The notes under the pieces are model-generated. The model was not told the origin of the DNA and searched no databases. It was given only the letters and a program-made list of their open reading frames with translations. A stretch of DNA of 60,098 nucleotides, filler included, from Sphacelaria rigidula (taxonomy: Eukaryota): assembly GCA_964200075.2 (NCBI GenBank). It is 7 parts of 7 records of this genome, joined end to end, with 100 filler letters (N's around TTAATTAATTAA, not from the genome) between each part and the next. Parts side by side here need not be neighbours in the genome. Positions count along the whole stretch, not along the records: positions 1 to 8,501 come from CAXNAA020010959.1; positions 8,602 to 17,101 come from CAXNAA020010960.1; 5 more parts are not named here. The stretch is one strand, 5' to 3'. Below, one piece after another: positions 1-11,113 of the stretch (its first letter is position 1; each line of letters opens with the position of its first letter). The translations under genes and the position numbers were made by a program.

Positions 1-120
1 GCTTTGTAGGGATGCGAGGTCAATGGTCTGATGACTATGGCAGGCATGATCATGAGTACACCCCCCCCTCCCCTCCACACCGTGCCCCTTGGAAACCCCG
101 GAGTGAACCGGGACTGTCAG
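1..120 (-). mobile_element. End fragment of unclassified repeat family A (GGGGTGTACTCATGATCATGC terminus)
   Basis: GCTTTGTAGGGATGCGAGGTCAATGGTC...CATGAGTACACCCCC also occurs at 16941-17095, 46590-46690 and 55790-55865, and in the other orientation at 24832 and 52788. Strand label is arbitrary. Confidence 0.75.
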
Positions 121-296
121 CCCCCGAAACTGCTTACAGGCAAGGCTTGCATTCAAGGGGCTGATCCAGCGCTAACGCTGGCTCATGTGCAGCTTCAAGT
201 GCTCAGCATCCCAGGGGCGTAACGTTCACCCTGTGAATCTTTGTGCAGCCTGGGCTAGAGCTCGTCACACATGAACAGAACATTATCGGTTTTTAG

Positions 297-420
297 GTGG
301 GGAGAAAGTCATGGATAATGACAAGAGCTCGCCGGAGAAGATCATGGACAATAATGACAAGCAAGAGCTCGCCAGAGAAGATCAAAGTCGCGCGGAGCGC
401 GACTTCTACTGCATTTGCAG
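297..420 (+). CDS. Probable internal exon ending at the start of a PHD-like zinc finger
   Basis: TTTTTAG acceptor and AG|GTAACG donor; open frame GEKVMDNDKSSPEKIMDNNDKQELAREDQSRAERDFYCIC(R/S). YCICR is the usual opening of a PHD finger. The next exon was not securely found. Confidence 0.5.
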
Positions 421-514
421 GTAACGCTATCACCATAGTTGAGGCATATGTGTGCCATCGGTGATTCGCTATTTTGCCGCCGTTCAACCGTGCCTCTGCA
501 GTGCAGCCCATATC

Positions 515-620
515 TGATTGATTTGATTATTGATTGTCGCACTTTAACTGACCCCCCGGGGGTCCAGCCGCGGTCTCATGATAGATGTACACATGAAAAA
601 CGAAACTGGAACACGCTCTA
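515..620 (-). mobile_element. 3' end of a non-LTR retroelement with (AATC)n tail
   Basis: The minus strand ends ...GGTCAGTTAAAGTGCGACAATCAAT...; a close copy lies at 8392-8501 and tail-only stubs at about 29853-29887 and 46122-46152. Confidence 0.6.
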
Positions 621-914
621 AGGAAGAAAAAAAAAAAGAAAAAAAAAGAGGAAAGAGGGGTCGAACAGAACGATATAGCAGACTAAGTCGTGACAAAAAA
701 AAGTAATAAAAAGTCAACACAAGCAAAGCACGGAAAGAAATGGCCGACCTAGAACAAGAAAAAGGAAAATAAGAGGAACGTACAAAGCAAATAAAATAAA
801 ATACAATGAAACGACGGATGTAGTAAAATATGGTAGCTAGCGTGCGCCTGAATTACCTGCTGAGCCTTGAGGACAAGAAAGAAATCGTTTCTGCTGTCTG
901 TACGAGCTGGGCAA

Positions 915-1275
915 GCCTAAACACGGATCTAAGCCTTCACAGCAATATATCATCGACACAGACGAGTTCGGCCGTGATCCGCATATCACACTAATGGTTT
1001 GATTAAGGGGAACATGTCCACCCACGCAAACGTCTGGGCACACGTTTTCTCGTTGGTTAAACGCCATGTCGACTTATTCATATACCGTACGAAGGTAAGA
1101 GTACATGCTACAGTTGATATGGCACCCCGAACAACGTATACCGCGGATGATGACGGTTCTTGTTATGGACGGTCCCTGAAGCATGGAGAAACGATCGATA
1201 CCCTCGTATTCACCGAATTCGTCATCTATCTGGAGATATGGTGCGCATAAGGGTCGATACTAAAATCAATATACG
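915..1275 (+). repeat. Dispersed repeat, inverted relative to 5388-5745
   Basis: Shared blocks such as TCATCGACACAG.CGAGTT.GGCCGTGATCCGCATATC and GATACCCTC appear in opposite orientation at 5388-5745. Confidence 0.7.
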
Positions 1276-1299
1276 ACGAGCGGAGGCACGGGATGTACC

Positions 1300-2180
1300 A
1301 TAGTAGTATTCATCTGAAATAAATAGGACATTGTTGTGATATTTTCGTAGTCGGCAGTTTTCAATGTTTTTTTCGCGTGCCACCGCTCATCTTAGCGAGC
1401 AGATAATCCCAACGTTTGGGAGTCGGGAGATACTAGGCATCCGCTCCTCATTCCAAAACAAAAACCGTCCATGTGCTCAATATTGAACGACTTCCGAGCT
1501 GAGTTGACAGGGGCCCTTCTTTTCGGGTTTAGCGCAATGGATAGGTGGACATATAAGATGAGGGTTCACAAAACTATTCATGAGAGTGATCGGATTGGTT
1601 CATTCCCGCATGTGCCGCGCAGAGCTCCGTTGGGCAATTTTCGCTATTGGATACTTTTGCGGATTTTCTCGTGTAATGGCTGTCCTTGGCGCTTAAAAGT
1701 CCTAGCGTCGATAGATATTGTGAAGAAAAGCGAGTCGTCCTGGGAACACAACCCTCCATGGCTGTTGTCCGGGTGATACGGCGTAAGTACCTTATTCATC
1801 AGGGGGGTGTTGTCGACCTTCATTGGTCTTAACACACACACAGGTTTTCGCCTCTAGCGCCATTAGTAGGTAAATATTAAAAACCGCAGTCAGTTTCATC
1901 TGTCCACGCAAAACAACTGGGATCGCTTCAATCGAGCAAAGATACTCAAGGGTCAGAACCTGGGGCTGGGTTGTCTCAGGACCCCGAAACCGGTCAGCCC
2001 GTGAGCCGTTCAATATTGAGCGCAGGTGTTATCTCATTTCGGAATGTGAAGGGCAAGCCTAGTATCTGCCGATCGGCAAACTTTGCGATCAAAAGTTTTT
2101 CTGGGATGAGCGGTGGCACGCGAAATGTTTTTCGAGTATCCTCCACTGCGAAAAAATTACGAAAATATCCCACGAGTACA
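1300..2180. mobile_element. Diverged long-TIR element related to the CAGTAGTGGGCG MITE family
   Basis: About 1330-1500 is inverted relative to about 1990-2170 (TTTCGCGTGCCACCGCTCATC / GATGAGCGGTGGCACGCGAAA; CTCAATATTGAACG / CGTTCAATATTGAG). 1700-2170 is colinear with the MITE body at 12348-12890. A related copy is at 23931-24350. Confidence 0.55.
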
Positions 2181-2189
2181 TCAGACGTT

Positions 2190-2700
2190 AACTGATCTAC
2201 ACACGGCAGTCTTTGCTTGACGGAAATCGGTTTTGTATTTGACGTATCGCGGCCGCGTGCGCGTCAAAAACAACCGAAAACGTGTCATTGCTGACCGTTT
2301 GTGCGCATGTGCTGTGCGCGCGTCTCACGCGAATCATCATTTCTCAGTGAATTCTGAACAAATTTGAGCAAGGTCACGCACAACGGCTCGAGCGACGTGT
2401 TCTTGGTTTGCGGGGGCACCAAATTCCTCATCTTCAGCTCTGGTTGTGCTGGGCTATGTGGTAAGCTTTCGCATGCTGACCCTGTCAACGCGAGATGTAT
2501 GTTCCCCGTCGAGGTCTCCGGAAATCCCTTTTTCAGAAGGGGATTTCAGCGAGTGTTTTGTTCACCTCCTGAAATTTTTTCTTGGAAAGAGAATTTCTGG
2601 GCACGTGTTTTGGAGGGTGATATCGGAGCGACCAATCAGCGGTCGTTTTGCAAAAAGAGGATTTTGAAAAACGGCAAAATCCTCTTCGATAAAAAAGACT
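2190..2700 (-). mobile_element. Repeat family B, homologous to 50770-51400
   Basis: Reverse complement matches AAAACGACCGCTGATTGGTCGCT.CGATA, GTGCGTGACCTTGCTCAAAT, GTGAGACGCGCGC.CAGCACATGC and CAAAGACTG.CGTGTG at 50940-51395. Confidence 0.75.
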
Positions 2701-2842
2701 GACTCTAATGGGAGCCGTCCAAATTTTGATATTTCCAAAAGTTTCACCGGGTCGTAACAATGTCCACTTCCACCCAATGAAATTGCGATGGTTCTGAATT
2801 TCGGCCAAGCGTCGGAATCGGGAGACGATTCTAAACGCTTGA

Positions 2843-3388
2843 GGCCACTTCTTATCGTCAGAAAACGAACTCTCCGAGAACTGCCCTTGTTGAGCCTTTC
2901 ATCGCGGATTTTTGCCGGGATACGGGCCTTGGCGGATTTTCCCCCCTCTGCAAGATGAGCTATTTTTCCGAGAGGATTCTAGCGCGCTTCTCTATTTTTT
3001 GCAAGGCCCAGTTTTACTCCTGGGCGGATTCCCGATTTTTTCAGTCGCCCAAAACAATCGTCCAGTTGTCGGCGAAAACAAGTACCTTTCCCTGACAACA
3101 CGAAGATTCTTGGGGCGACTGAAAACGACTGGAATCTGGCCAAAAGTAGTACTTTTCTCGACAACTCGAAGATTTCTTGCGTCGACTGAAAACGACGGGA
3201 ATCCGGCCAAAAGTAAATCTGGGCTTACGAAAAACCGGTAAGGTGCGAGAGAACCATCGTAGAAAACGTGGTAAGTCTTCCAGAGGAGGCCCAATCTGTC
3301 AAGGCCCGTATTCCGCCATATATCAGCGATGGAAGGCTAAAAAACGGCAGGTCTCGGAGAGTCCGTTTTCTGACAATGGGAAGCGGCC
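2843..3388. mobile_element. PIF/Harbinger (Tourist-like) MITE
   Basis: About 100-bp imperfect TIRs starting GGCC, flanked by 3-bp TSD TGA (2840-2842 and 3389-3391); internal direct duplication of about 65 bp. Confidence 0.75.
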
Positions 3389-4542
3389 TGAGGACCGGTC
3401 TAAACTTTGGCACAAGAAGCAAGATAAGGGGCATGTCATGCGTTACTGTGCTACAGCACATACACAACGTCATGCTGAAAAAGTGTTGTTTTTATCCCGT
3501 TCAGAACCGCGGCAGGCAAAAAAACGGCGATAATTCTGTTTATATATAAAACTTCGAACCGTACCCCTCAGAGTTGGCCCAAGAAGGATCTTTGACACTT
3601 TCTACGATAGCCCCCCCAAAACCAGCTCAAAACTGTCACGAAACAAATGGTCATAGAGCGCCCAACATCCGATCTCAGGTTACATGAAGCGCCTCGTATG
3701 GACAACATGGGCGTAGACGAACTTAGGCGTTGGAATCCTCATCTGGTCGTTGTGCCGGGATTTTTTCATTTCGATTCACATGTATTTTTTGCCTCCCCAA
3801 ACCAGCCACGATTTGTGAGGGGGTTATAGTAGAAAGTGTCCCTTATGCCCTGTTCATCCTCTGAACCACAATATTTTTTCTCCGTTTTTTCATGAGTTAA
3901 CCCTAAGATAGCGAGTGTCGCCTCGGAACAGTTTCACAGGCTTGACAGCCCGGAGACATCCGGGGGTTTCCGGGGGGCAGGGGGGTTGGGTTTAGTGGGG
4001 GGGGGGGGGGGGAGTCTGTCCGCGGAGCCGTGAAGCTCACGAAGTCAACCATGTGCGTTTGGAAATTTCCCGCGGAAGGTTCTAAGCCCGGAACGAGGTC
4101 TGAGAGGCGCGGCATGACTATTCTGTCCAATCACGGCTGTCATAATGGCCACTTTGTTCCCCCACAGGTGCACTACATGTGGGCTCCTTCGCTGTCTAGC
4201 CGTAGTTTTCACTTTGATCATAGCAAGTCAACCATTGATTACATGGACACAGACAACGTGCTTTTTACTCCGCTCGTGATCTGTGCCACCGCTCTGACCC
4301 CCCATGTGTTGTCAGCTTAGTTTGGTTGTGGAACACTAAGCAGAGACACCGGCAGCATGCAGTGGACTGCTGTGTTCAGTGGAAACAACAAACCGGCCGG
4401 AAAAACTCAGGGTCAGGGTTTAGAAGTTGGGATTTAATGCCAGGATATGATGAATTCCCCTAGTTAAACCGCGAAAACTGAACTCTGAGAAGAGACGTGC
4501 GCAGTAACACGAGATTAATTTTTAATTTTCCCTGACTTGCTG

Positions 4543-5382
4543 CGAGCTGGGCCAGCCTAGAGGTTCGCAGGCCCATGCGCCGGCCAATATTTGGAGTTGA
4601 AGCGTAAAATTTGGTACGGACAATGCATAAGGCATGAAAAAAAAACAATTACGTCGGTACCAAAAGATTTTTTTGTTTTTTTCATGAGTCAAGGGCATTT
4701 TACTGATGGAACTGATTATTGGCCTTGACTCATGGAAAAAAATCAAAATCCTTTTCGTACCAACGTAATTTTTTTTTTCATGCCCTATTCATTGTCCATC
4801 CAAAATTTTACGCTTCAACTATAAGATATTGGCCGGCGCATTCGCCTTTTGAAAATCGGGTCGGTAGAAATTCGGAACCACATTTCGCGGGCCACTCATC
4901 GGCCCACGTTTGGTTTTTGTGTAATGAAATTTTGTGTGGGCCCTCGCTAGGGCATAATCAACAAAACACAGTGGGTCGGTTTTGTTTTTACTATTTTTTC
5001 ACGGCTTTAGGGCGTTCTAGTATAGTAAAGACTATTTATTCACGAAAACGCCCTAACCTTTATGAACAAAAACAATGAAAGGCCCATTTTTTATATTCGG
5101 CACATCTTCGTGGTTCTCCATTTTAAGTTTCAAATCACAATTCTAAAAATTGAGCTGAAACATTGAGATAAGGCTTGAGAGCAATGTTCATTTCTCCTCA
5201 AAACTCCACTAGAAACACGAAAAAAATGGAAAAGAAAGAAAAAAAAAAAAGCACGGAAACAAGGAAACAAGCTGTTTGCTTTCATTATTATGCACAAGCA
5301 GATCACCATACGAAATTTCATAGAACAAATTTCAAAAACTGAGACGCGATATACAGATTTAGGGCATCTAGTGCCTCTGCTC
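4543..5382. mobile_element. Degenerate CGAGCTGGGCCAGC-type MITE with internal palindrome
   Basis: Starts with the same CGAGCTGGGCCAGC terminus as 34622. 4576-4841 is an imperfect palindrome with arms of about 120 bp. The right end is only tentative. Confidence 0.5.
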
Positions 5383-5387
5383 ATAAT

Positions 5388-5745
5388 ATATTGATATTAG
5401 TATAGAAAATTATGCGCGCAATATCTCGAGGTAAATAACGAACTAGGTGAAGGTGAGGGTATCTATCGTCTCCCCGTGCTCCCGGGAAGGTCCACACCAA
5501 AAGTCATCATCCGCTGAATGTATCATTCGGGTTTTCATATGGATTTTAGTGTAGACGCAATCTCCGTAAGGTATAGGAATTACTAGACATGCGGTTTCAT
5601 CAGCGACAAAACACCGGGCCAAATGTTTGTGCAAATGGGCACCTTCCCCCTGACTAGGCGATTAGTACGATATGCGGATCACGGCCCAACTCGCCTGTGT
5701 CGATGAGATATTGGTTTTAGAGCTTAAATCCGTTTTTAGACATAG
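5388..5745 (-). repeat. Inverted partner of 915-1275
   Basis: Colinear reverse-complement similarity to 915-1275. Confidence 0.7.
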
Positions 5746-5879
5746 CGACCAAGGTTACAGAACACAGCCGTAGGATAAATATCGTAAACGGGGCGATGGC
5801 GGATGCCGTGAACGCCCGTGACAGCGCTGGTAATGACAGCCCGTTCACGAGGGTGGCCCAAGACTACGAGGAAGACTTC

Positions 5880-6141
5880 GAGGCGAACGGGGGAGCCTAG
5901 ACACCAGTCGACCTGGCTTATGATGACGCGAAAGGGCGGGAGTCGGCTACTCAAGCAGCCGCTACGAGGACTTGACAAAATGGCCGCCCAACGTGAAGCT
6001 TGCGTTACCTCGGGCAGGTACACCAGCGTTGGGTGGCCATTCTGTCGTAGTCCTCGTAGCGGCTGCATGAGTGGCCCACTTCTGCCCTTCCGCGTCATCT
6101 CTAGCCAGGTCGACAGGTGTCTCTGTTCCCCCGTTCGCCTC
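5880..6141 (+). ncRNA. Candidate pre-miRNA / hairpin RNA
   Basis: Arms 5880-5993 and 6027-6141 are complementary except for about 16 substitutions and 1 bulge, with a 33-nt loop. Six differences give G:U on the + strand versus 3 on the - strand. No TSD and no second copy in the window. Confidence 0.55.
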
Positions 6142-6662
6142 CACGCAGCTAGGATTACTGGACAGTGAGTCTTTCCCGAGAATCACTGTGCTTCCTCAAA
6201 ATATGCACACGCACACACACAGGCATGTTCACACTTGTACTACAGACAGTACAGTACAGAACACTTACTACAGACGGTATACAGAACTGTCTACATACTT
6301 TTTTTCCTAAGGTGAAGACAACAACAACAGACAGTGCAACAGCACAACTCTCAGCTGCCACAACCTGTACAAGTGCTGTACCACACACCGACATGTGCAG
6401 GAGTTGTGAATGACTAGCGGGCGCCGAGGTGCACTGCCTGTGTGCCCAGCGCTGTGGACTGTGCCGCGTTGGTACCCGGAGGCTGTGTTGAGGATACTGC
6501 TGTCGCATATTCAACGGTACGGGGACAGCAAACACAACTCTAGTCATGCTAGGGTAGGACGGGGGGTATTTTAGGCCATTGCTTCCACGAAATTCAACTT
6601 CGAATCATCGTTGTAAGAGGCAACGATCGTCCGAACGCGCGTGTTACCGATAGATAATGCTC

Positions 6663-7206
6663 CAAGGGTAGGTCGAGTAGAGTATCTACTTTTGAGTACT
6701 CGAGTAAAATAATCAAGTATTCACTCTGCTCGACGTTTGAGTACGTCGAGTACGGCCTCAAATACTCTACTCAAATTTTGAGTTGGTCGAGTACAGCCTC
6801 AAACACTCTACTCAGTTTTTGAGTAGGTCGAGTACGACCTCAAATACTCTACTCAAATTTTGAGTGCGTCGAGTACGGCGTCAAATACTCTACTCCAATC
6901 TTGAGTACGTTGAGAACGACCTTCAATACTCTACTCAAATTTTGAGTAGATCGAGTACGACCTCAAATACTCTACTCAAATGTTGAGTAAACACTCTCAG
7001 TAATACTTGAGTATAGAGTATCACTTGAGTATGATCTCAATACTTTACTCAAAGTTCGAGTAGACTGAGTATGATCTCAAATACTTTACTCGAATAATTG
7101 AGTAGGTTGAGTACGACCTCAAATACTCTACTCAAACTTTGAGTACTAAATGTATGACTCTTCGAAAAAACTGAGTATTGAGTACACTCTACTCGACCTA
7201 CCCTCG
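6663..7206. mobile_element. hAT non-autonomous element (CAAGGGTAGGTCGAGTAGAGT TIR family) with internal ~39-bp tandem repeats
   Basis: TIR at both ends; 8-bp TSD TAATGCTC / TAACGCTC; array of GAGTACGACCTCAAATACTCTACTCAAATTTT-like units. Confidence 0.85.
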
Positions 7207-7636
7207 TAACGCTCATTTCTACTGCTTGACGCCGTCTTACCCAAATACAAGCGCACGGTGAGTTTGTCAGGTTGTCCGAAACATCTATGAGTTCTTTCTT
7301 CCTGGAATCAAACACCCAACCTATCGTAGCACGGCTCTGTACATGCTCCTCCGCGCTGTACGGGTAGCACCGCATGAGTGGACGCAGAGTACAAACGCAG
7401 AACCGCACGGCGCGACTTATACCTCTTCAAATCATGACACCGACCATGTGCCATTCGGAACAGAAAATACTAAACCCTGAAACGTTGGCCATGGTCCACA
7501 TCTACGTGGTGAAACAAAATAATAAAACAAACCTGGAGTTTCAGCGTGAACAATTCAGTCGTTTCTCGCTTATAAATATATATATATTCCCTGAGTTCTG
7601 ATTTTTCTTCGCCTGAAACTCTCTTCACCCGTGTTT

Positions 7637-8061
7637 AAGGTGTTGTTACGTGTCATGTAACGCGTGACGTCACCGTGTACGTGATGCTGAAAAACAATCT
7701 TCTAGGATTTAGAAATTCATCGCCAACTTAAAGGGTCACCGCTTCATGTAACGTGTTTATGACGTTTCATGCAACGTATGATGACTAATGCACGTGTAAC
7801 GTGTAATAGACGTTACACGTTACATGAAACTTTCATATTACGTGCTTTGAACGTTCGGGCAATTCAGCATTCACGTTACGTTACGTATGTCACATTCAAA
7901 AACATTAACGTTGCGTTAATGCTTCGGTTGAAAATTGAACGTTACGGTCACGCTACGTTCATCACGTGACATTTTTTTTTAACGTTCACGTTACGTTTCG
8001 ACGAAAACGTAACGTGAACATAACGTGTAACGCTGTGGCACGTGTAGCGTGTATGTCCCTG
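7637..8061. mobile_element. Partial hAT-like element with ACGT-rich subterminal repeats
   Basis: Dense GTAACGT/ACGTTAC motifs ending in CCCTG, as in the complete element at 18361-19602; left end unclear. Confidence 0.5.
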
Positions 8062-8075
8062 GAATATTCTTAATA

Positions 8076-8391
8076 CAGTAGTGGGCGGTCAAACTATTCA
8101 TATCGCGGCATTTTGTGATTTTTCGTAATTGGCGATTTTCTTTGGTTCTTTTCGCTTGTCACCGCTTTTCACATTGGAGATCTGATGATATTTTTATCCG
8201 CTCCACATTCCAAGAAAAAAACATCTGTACTCAATATCTGGTGACTTACGGGCTGACCGGTCGTCGGGGGTCCTGCCACGTTTCAGCCTGGATTCTTGCT
8301 GTTCGGTATTTTCGGTCGATCGACCCTGTCCCGATCATATTTGCGAAAACATATACACTTTTATTTTTTTGAAATTCTACCTACTCATCGC
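8076..8391. mobile_element. Tc1/mariner-type MITE (CAGTAGTGGGCG family), interrupted
   Basis: TA|CAGTAGTGGGCGGTC terminus; body matches 31726 onward; cut by the (AATC)n-tailed element at 8392. Confidence 0.85.
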
Positions 8392-8501
8392 ATTGATTGA
8401 TTGATCGATTGATTGATTGTCGCAAATTTAACTGACCCCCCCAGGGGTCATGGTCCAGCCGTGGTCTCATGATAGACGTACCCAACAAAAACTAAACTGA
8501 A
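8392..8501 (-). mobile_element. 3' end of a non-LTR retroelement with (AATC)n tail
   Basis: (ATTG)n followed by TCGCAAATTTAACTGACCCCCC...GGTCTCATGATAGA, matching 515-620. Confidence 0.6.
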
Positions 8502-8601
8502 NNNNNNNNNNNNNNNNNNNNNNNNNNNNNNNNNNNNNNNNNNNNTTAATTAATTAANNNNNNNNNNNNNNNNNNNNNNNNNNNNNNNNNNNNNNNNNNN
8601 N
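8502..8601. other. Artificial contig linker
   Basis: 44 N + TTAATTAATTAA (stops in all six frames) + 44 N. Confidence 0.99.
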
Positions 8602-9306
8602 CATGGTGCCCTGTACTGATACAGTTATGGGTGGGACTGGAGGGCCTAACGACCAAAAATCAGCGGCAAACTAAAAAAAAACATAAGTGCGGAGGAATAA
8701 TGAACACGTCAGTAGGTGGTCGCACCTGTGCCGAGGCCTTCTCGAGCAGAACGCACGCTTCATCACTTATAAACTTGATTTATTATGGGACAGCTCTAGC
8801 ACGGGAGATCGCGCGGTTCTCGACACAGGAAGCAAGCCAGCCTACGGCCCTTCACTCCCCCCCACATACGCACAAGATCTAGGAGAGTCCATTTCACATT
8901 TTCCTGGCGTCGCGCCAGCAGCGAGAAAATCCCCTCCCAGAACGCAAAACACCTCGATCTTTGTACGTTTGGGTTTGTTGCGGCTCAGTATCACGCTCAA
9001 ACGAAAAAGTGAAATAGGTTGACCTAGCTTGGGTGTGTGGGAAGCGCACGCAAGAAACGGCAGTCCAATCCTGTGCTTCGTCACCGAGTTCTACGCGTTG
9101 CGCGATCGGCACTTTTGGGTTGAGGATTAGTGTCTAGCGCTACGAGTATTATAACAGAGATCCAACATCGCAAATTAAACAAAAATCGGCGCGCATGTCG
9201 TTTTTTCTCGCCGCAAGTTGTCACGACATGCAGTTTGGTTACGTGTCGGCAGGCGCTGCTGCTTAGTTCTGTGCGGCTGTGCACAACAGACAATTCCGCC
9301 TTTTAA

Positions 9307-9408
9307 CCCTTTGGGAACCCATTGACGATTTTCATTGTTGTGAATCGGCATCATTTTGACTTGAAAATGACTGACACAAACAAAAATCGTCAGTGGGGTC
9401 CAAAAGGG
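9307..9408. mobile_element. piggyBac-type mini-MITE (102 bp)
   Basis: TTAA|CCCTTT...AAAGGG|TTAA, nearly fully palindromic; second copy at 11256-11376; a related empty site (GCTTTTCAACAGCGAGTA) lies at about 9763. Confidence 0.85.
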
Positions 9409-10737
9409 TTAACAGCGAGTATTCCTTCAAGTGTCGAATTTCAGAGGTGAAGTTCACGGAAGAACGACAAAGCTAGCGGCTGCTTCGTGTCAGAGCTCCA
9501 GTGCAGAAGCCGAGACGTCTGGAGTGATTGTAGTACTTGCACTGCCTTACATCTGCTAGCGACTGTTGTGATCATATACTTCGTAAATGTCTGTTTATAT
9601 ATACTAATATAAGAGTGAGATGCAAACTATGCGATGATCGACAGCTTCGTTTTGGGCTGCATATTTTTTTCTCGCAGTGAGTAGTATGTGACGGTGTTTC
9701 ACTTTGTGGCGTACCGCCAGGTGCTGCTTCGTTTTGTACGGCTGTGCACAATGAGCAAATTAGCTTTTCAACAGCGAGTACTCTTAATGTACTGAGTCGC
9801 AGAGGGCGACGTAACACATGAACTTCGGCTGTTGGATCTGAGGGTTCCAGCGGAGAAACCAGGGCGCCAAGTGTGACACTTATTTTAGACTACACACTGA
9901 CTATATATGAACAGGTCAGCGGAGCCACCATATTTCAACTGACTGCCTGTTCATACTGAAAATAATATGTAAACCGTGCGATTTACACCAACTTGCATCT
10001 TCGACTAGATGCTATTTTTTGGCACCAATGTCACGATATTTGCTTTGGTGGCGGTCCGCCATGTGCTGCTCTGTTCTGTGAGGATTTGTACAAAGGACAA
10101 CCTCACTTGTCATGAGCGAATGCCCTTTCACCCCTTGGCTTGTAGGGGGTGAGTTCACCGATGAAACACGGCCGTCTTGTGATAGACGTTTTCGAGAGAG
10201 AACCCAAGGGATGCGCGACGCTGCTGCGCTCATGGTATCCAAATTTCCGTACTTTCTCGTTCTAGCACGATGTCAGGCACGCCTTCCACTGCAGATGCGT
10301 TGGTGTGTGGCGGCCACAACTGCCGCTGTTCGTCTTCTTGTCTTGTTATATTCGCAATGGTGATAAACGTGGGGCGGCAGCTCGGGCGCGTGCGCTTCCC
10401 GAGTAGTATAGCAGCTGAACATTAGTGCACCAAGAGTTTGCACCCACTGATCTGGAGCGAGTTATGCAGAGGAACAAAATTATCTCAACAGCGAGCACTC
10501 TCAGGCTTGAAGATATGTACCATGTTGATAGTACATTTCATATGAGCTAGGTCGTTGTTTCTAGGTGACGCATGTTTTTTCATTGATATGATTCGTCTGA
10601 TTACGGTCCAGTTCTTACGCATATAGCGTTCGTGATACATTTTCCCAAAATATAGTACCCAAAATCAGCCCCCAGTCCCACCCATATCAGTAGATATACT
10701 CAGTATAGAAGAAAACGTGACACTACTATACCGTCCC

Positions 10738-10785
<48 letters not shown>

Positions 10786-11113
10786 CGCGTGTGTGTAGTC
10801 CCATGTATTCTGCACGCCGGTCTACACCTTCCGGTATGTTCAGGCACACCTGGCGGGGTCACGCGGGAGGAACGCCAACACAGGAGTTTTTTTTCTTTCT
10901 TCTTCGTTTTGAGTTCTCCAAGTTCCTTTCGCGGTGCTCGCCTTTTTATTTTTCATAGCGAGAGGGGTTCAGCGGTTCCTTTCCCTCGTCGACCGTTGAG
11001 TCGAATTTTTTGTACCCACGACATGTCGCTCTTCACTGATGTTGGGCATTGCGTGAGAAAGAATCCCAGATCGCTCCGAGATTCGAACCCACGACCCAAC
11101 CGTCTGAAGGTTT

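Noticed and set aside
6720-7150. CRISPR-like regular repeats (also 33460-33730 and 44563-44985)
   Set aside because: Units are degenerate tandem copies without unique spacers, some inside TIR elements; the context is eukaryotic with no cas genes.
8546-8557. TTAATTAATTAA as a biological repeat or piggyBac site
   Set aside because: It is identical and centred in every 100-bp N linker, so it is synthetic.
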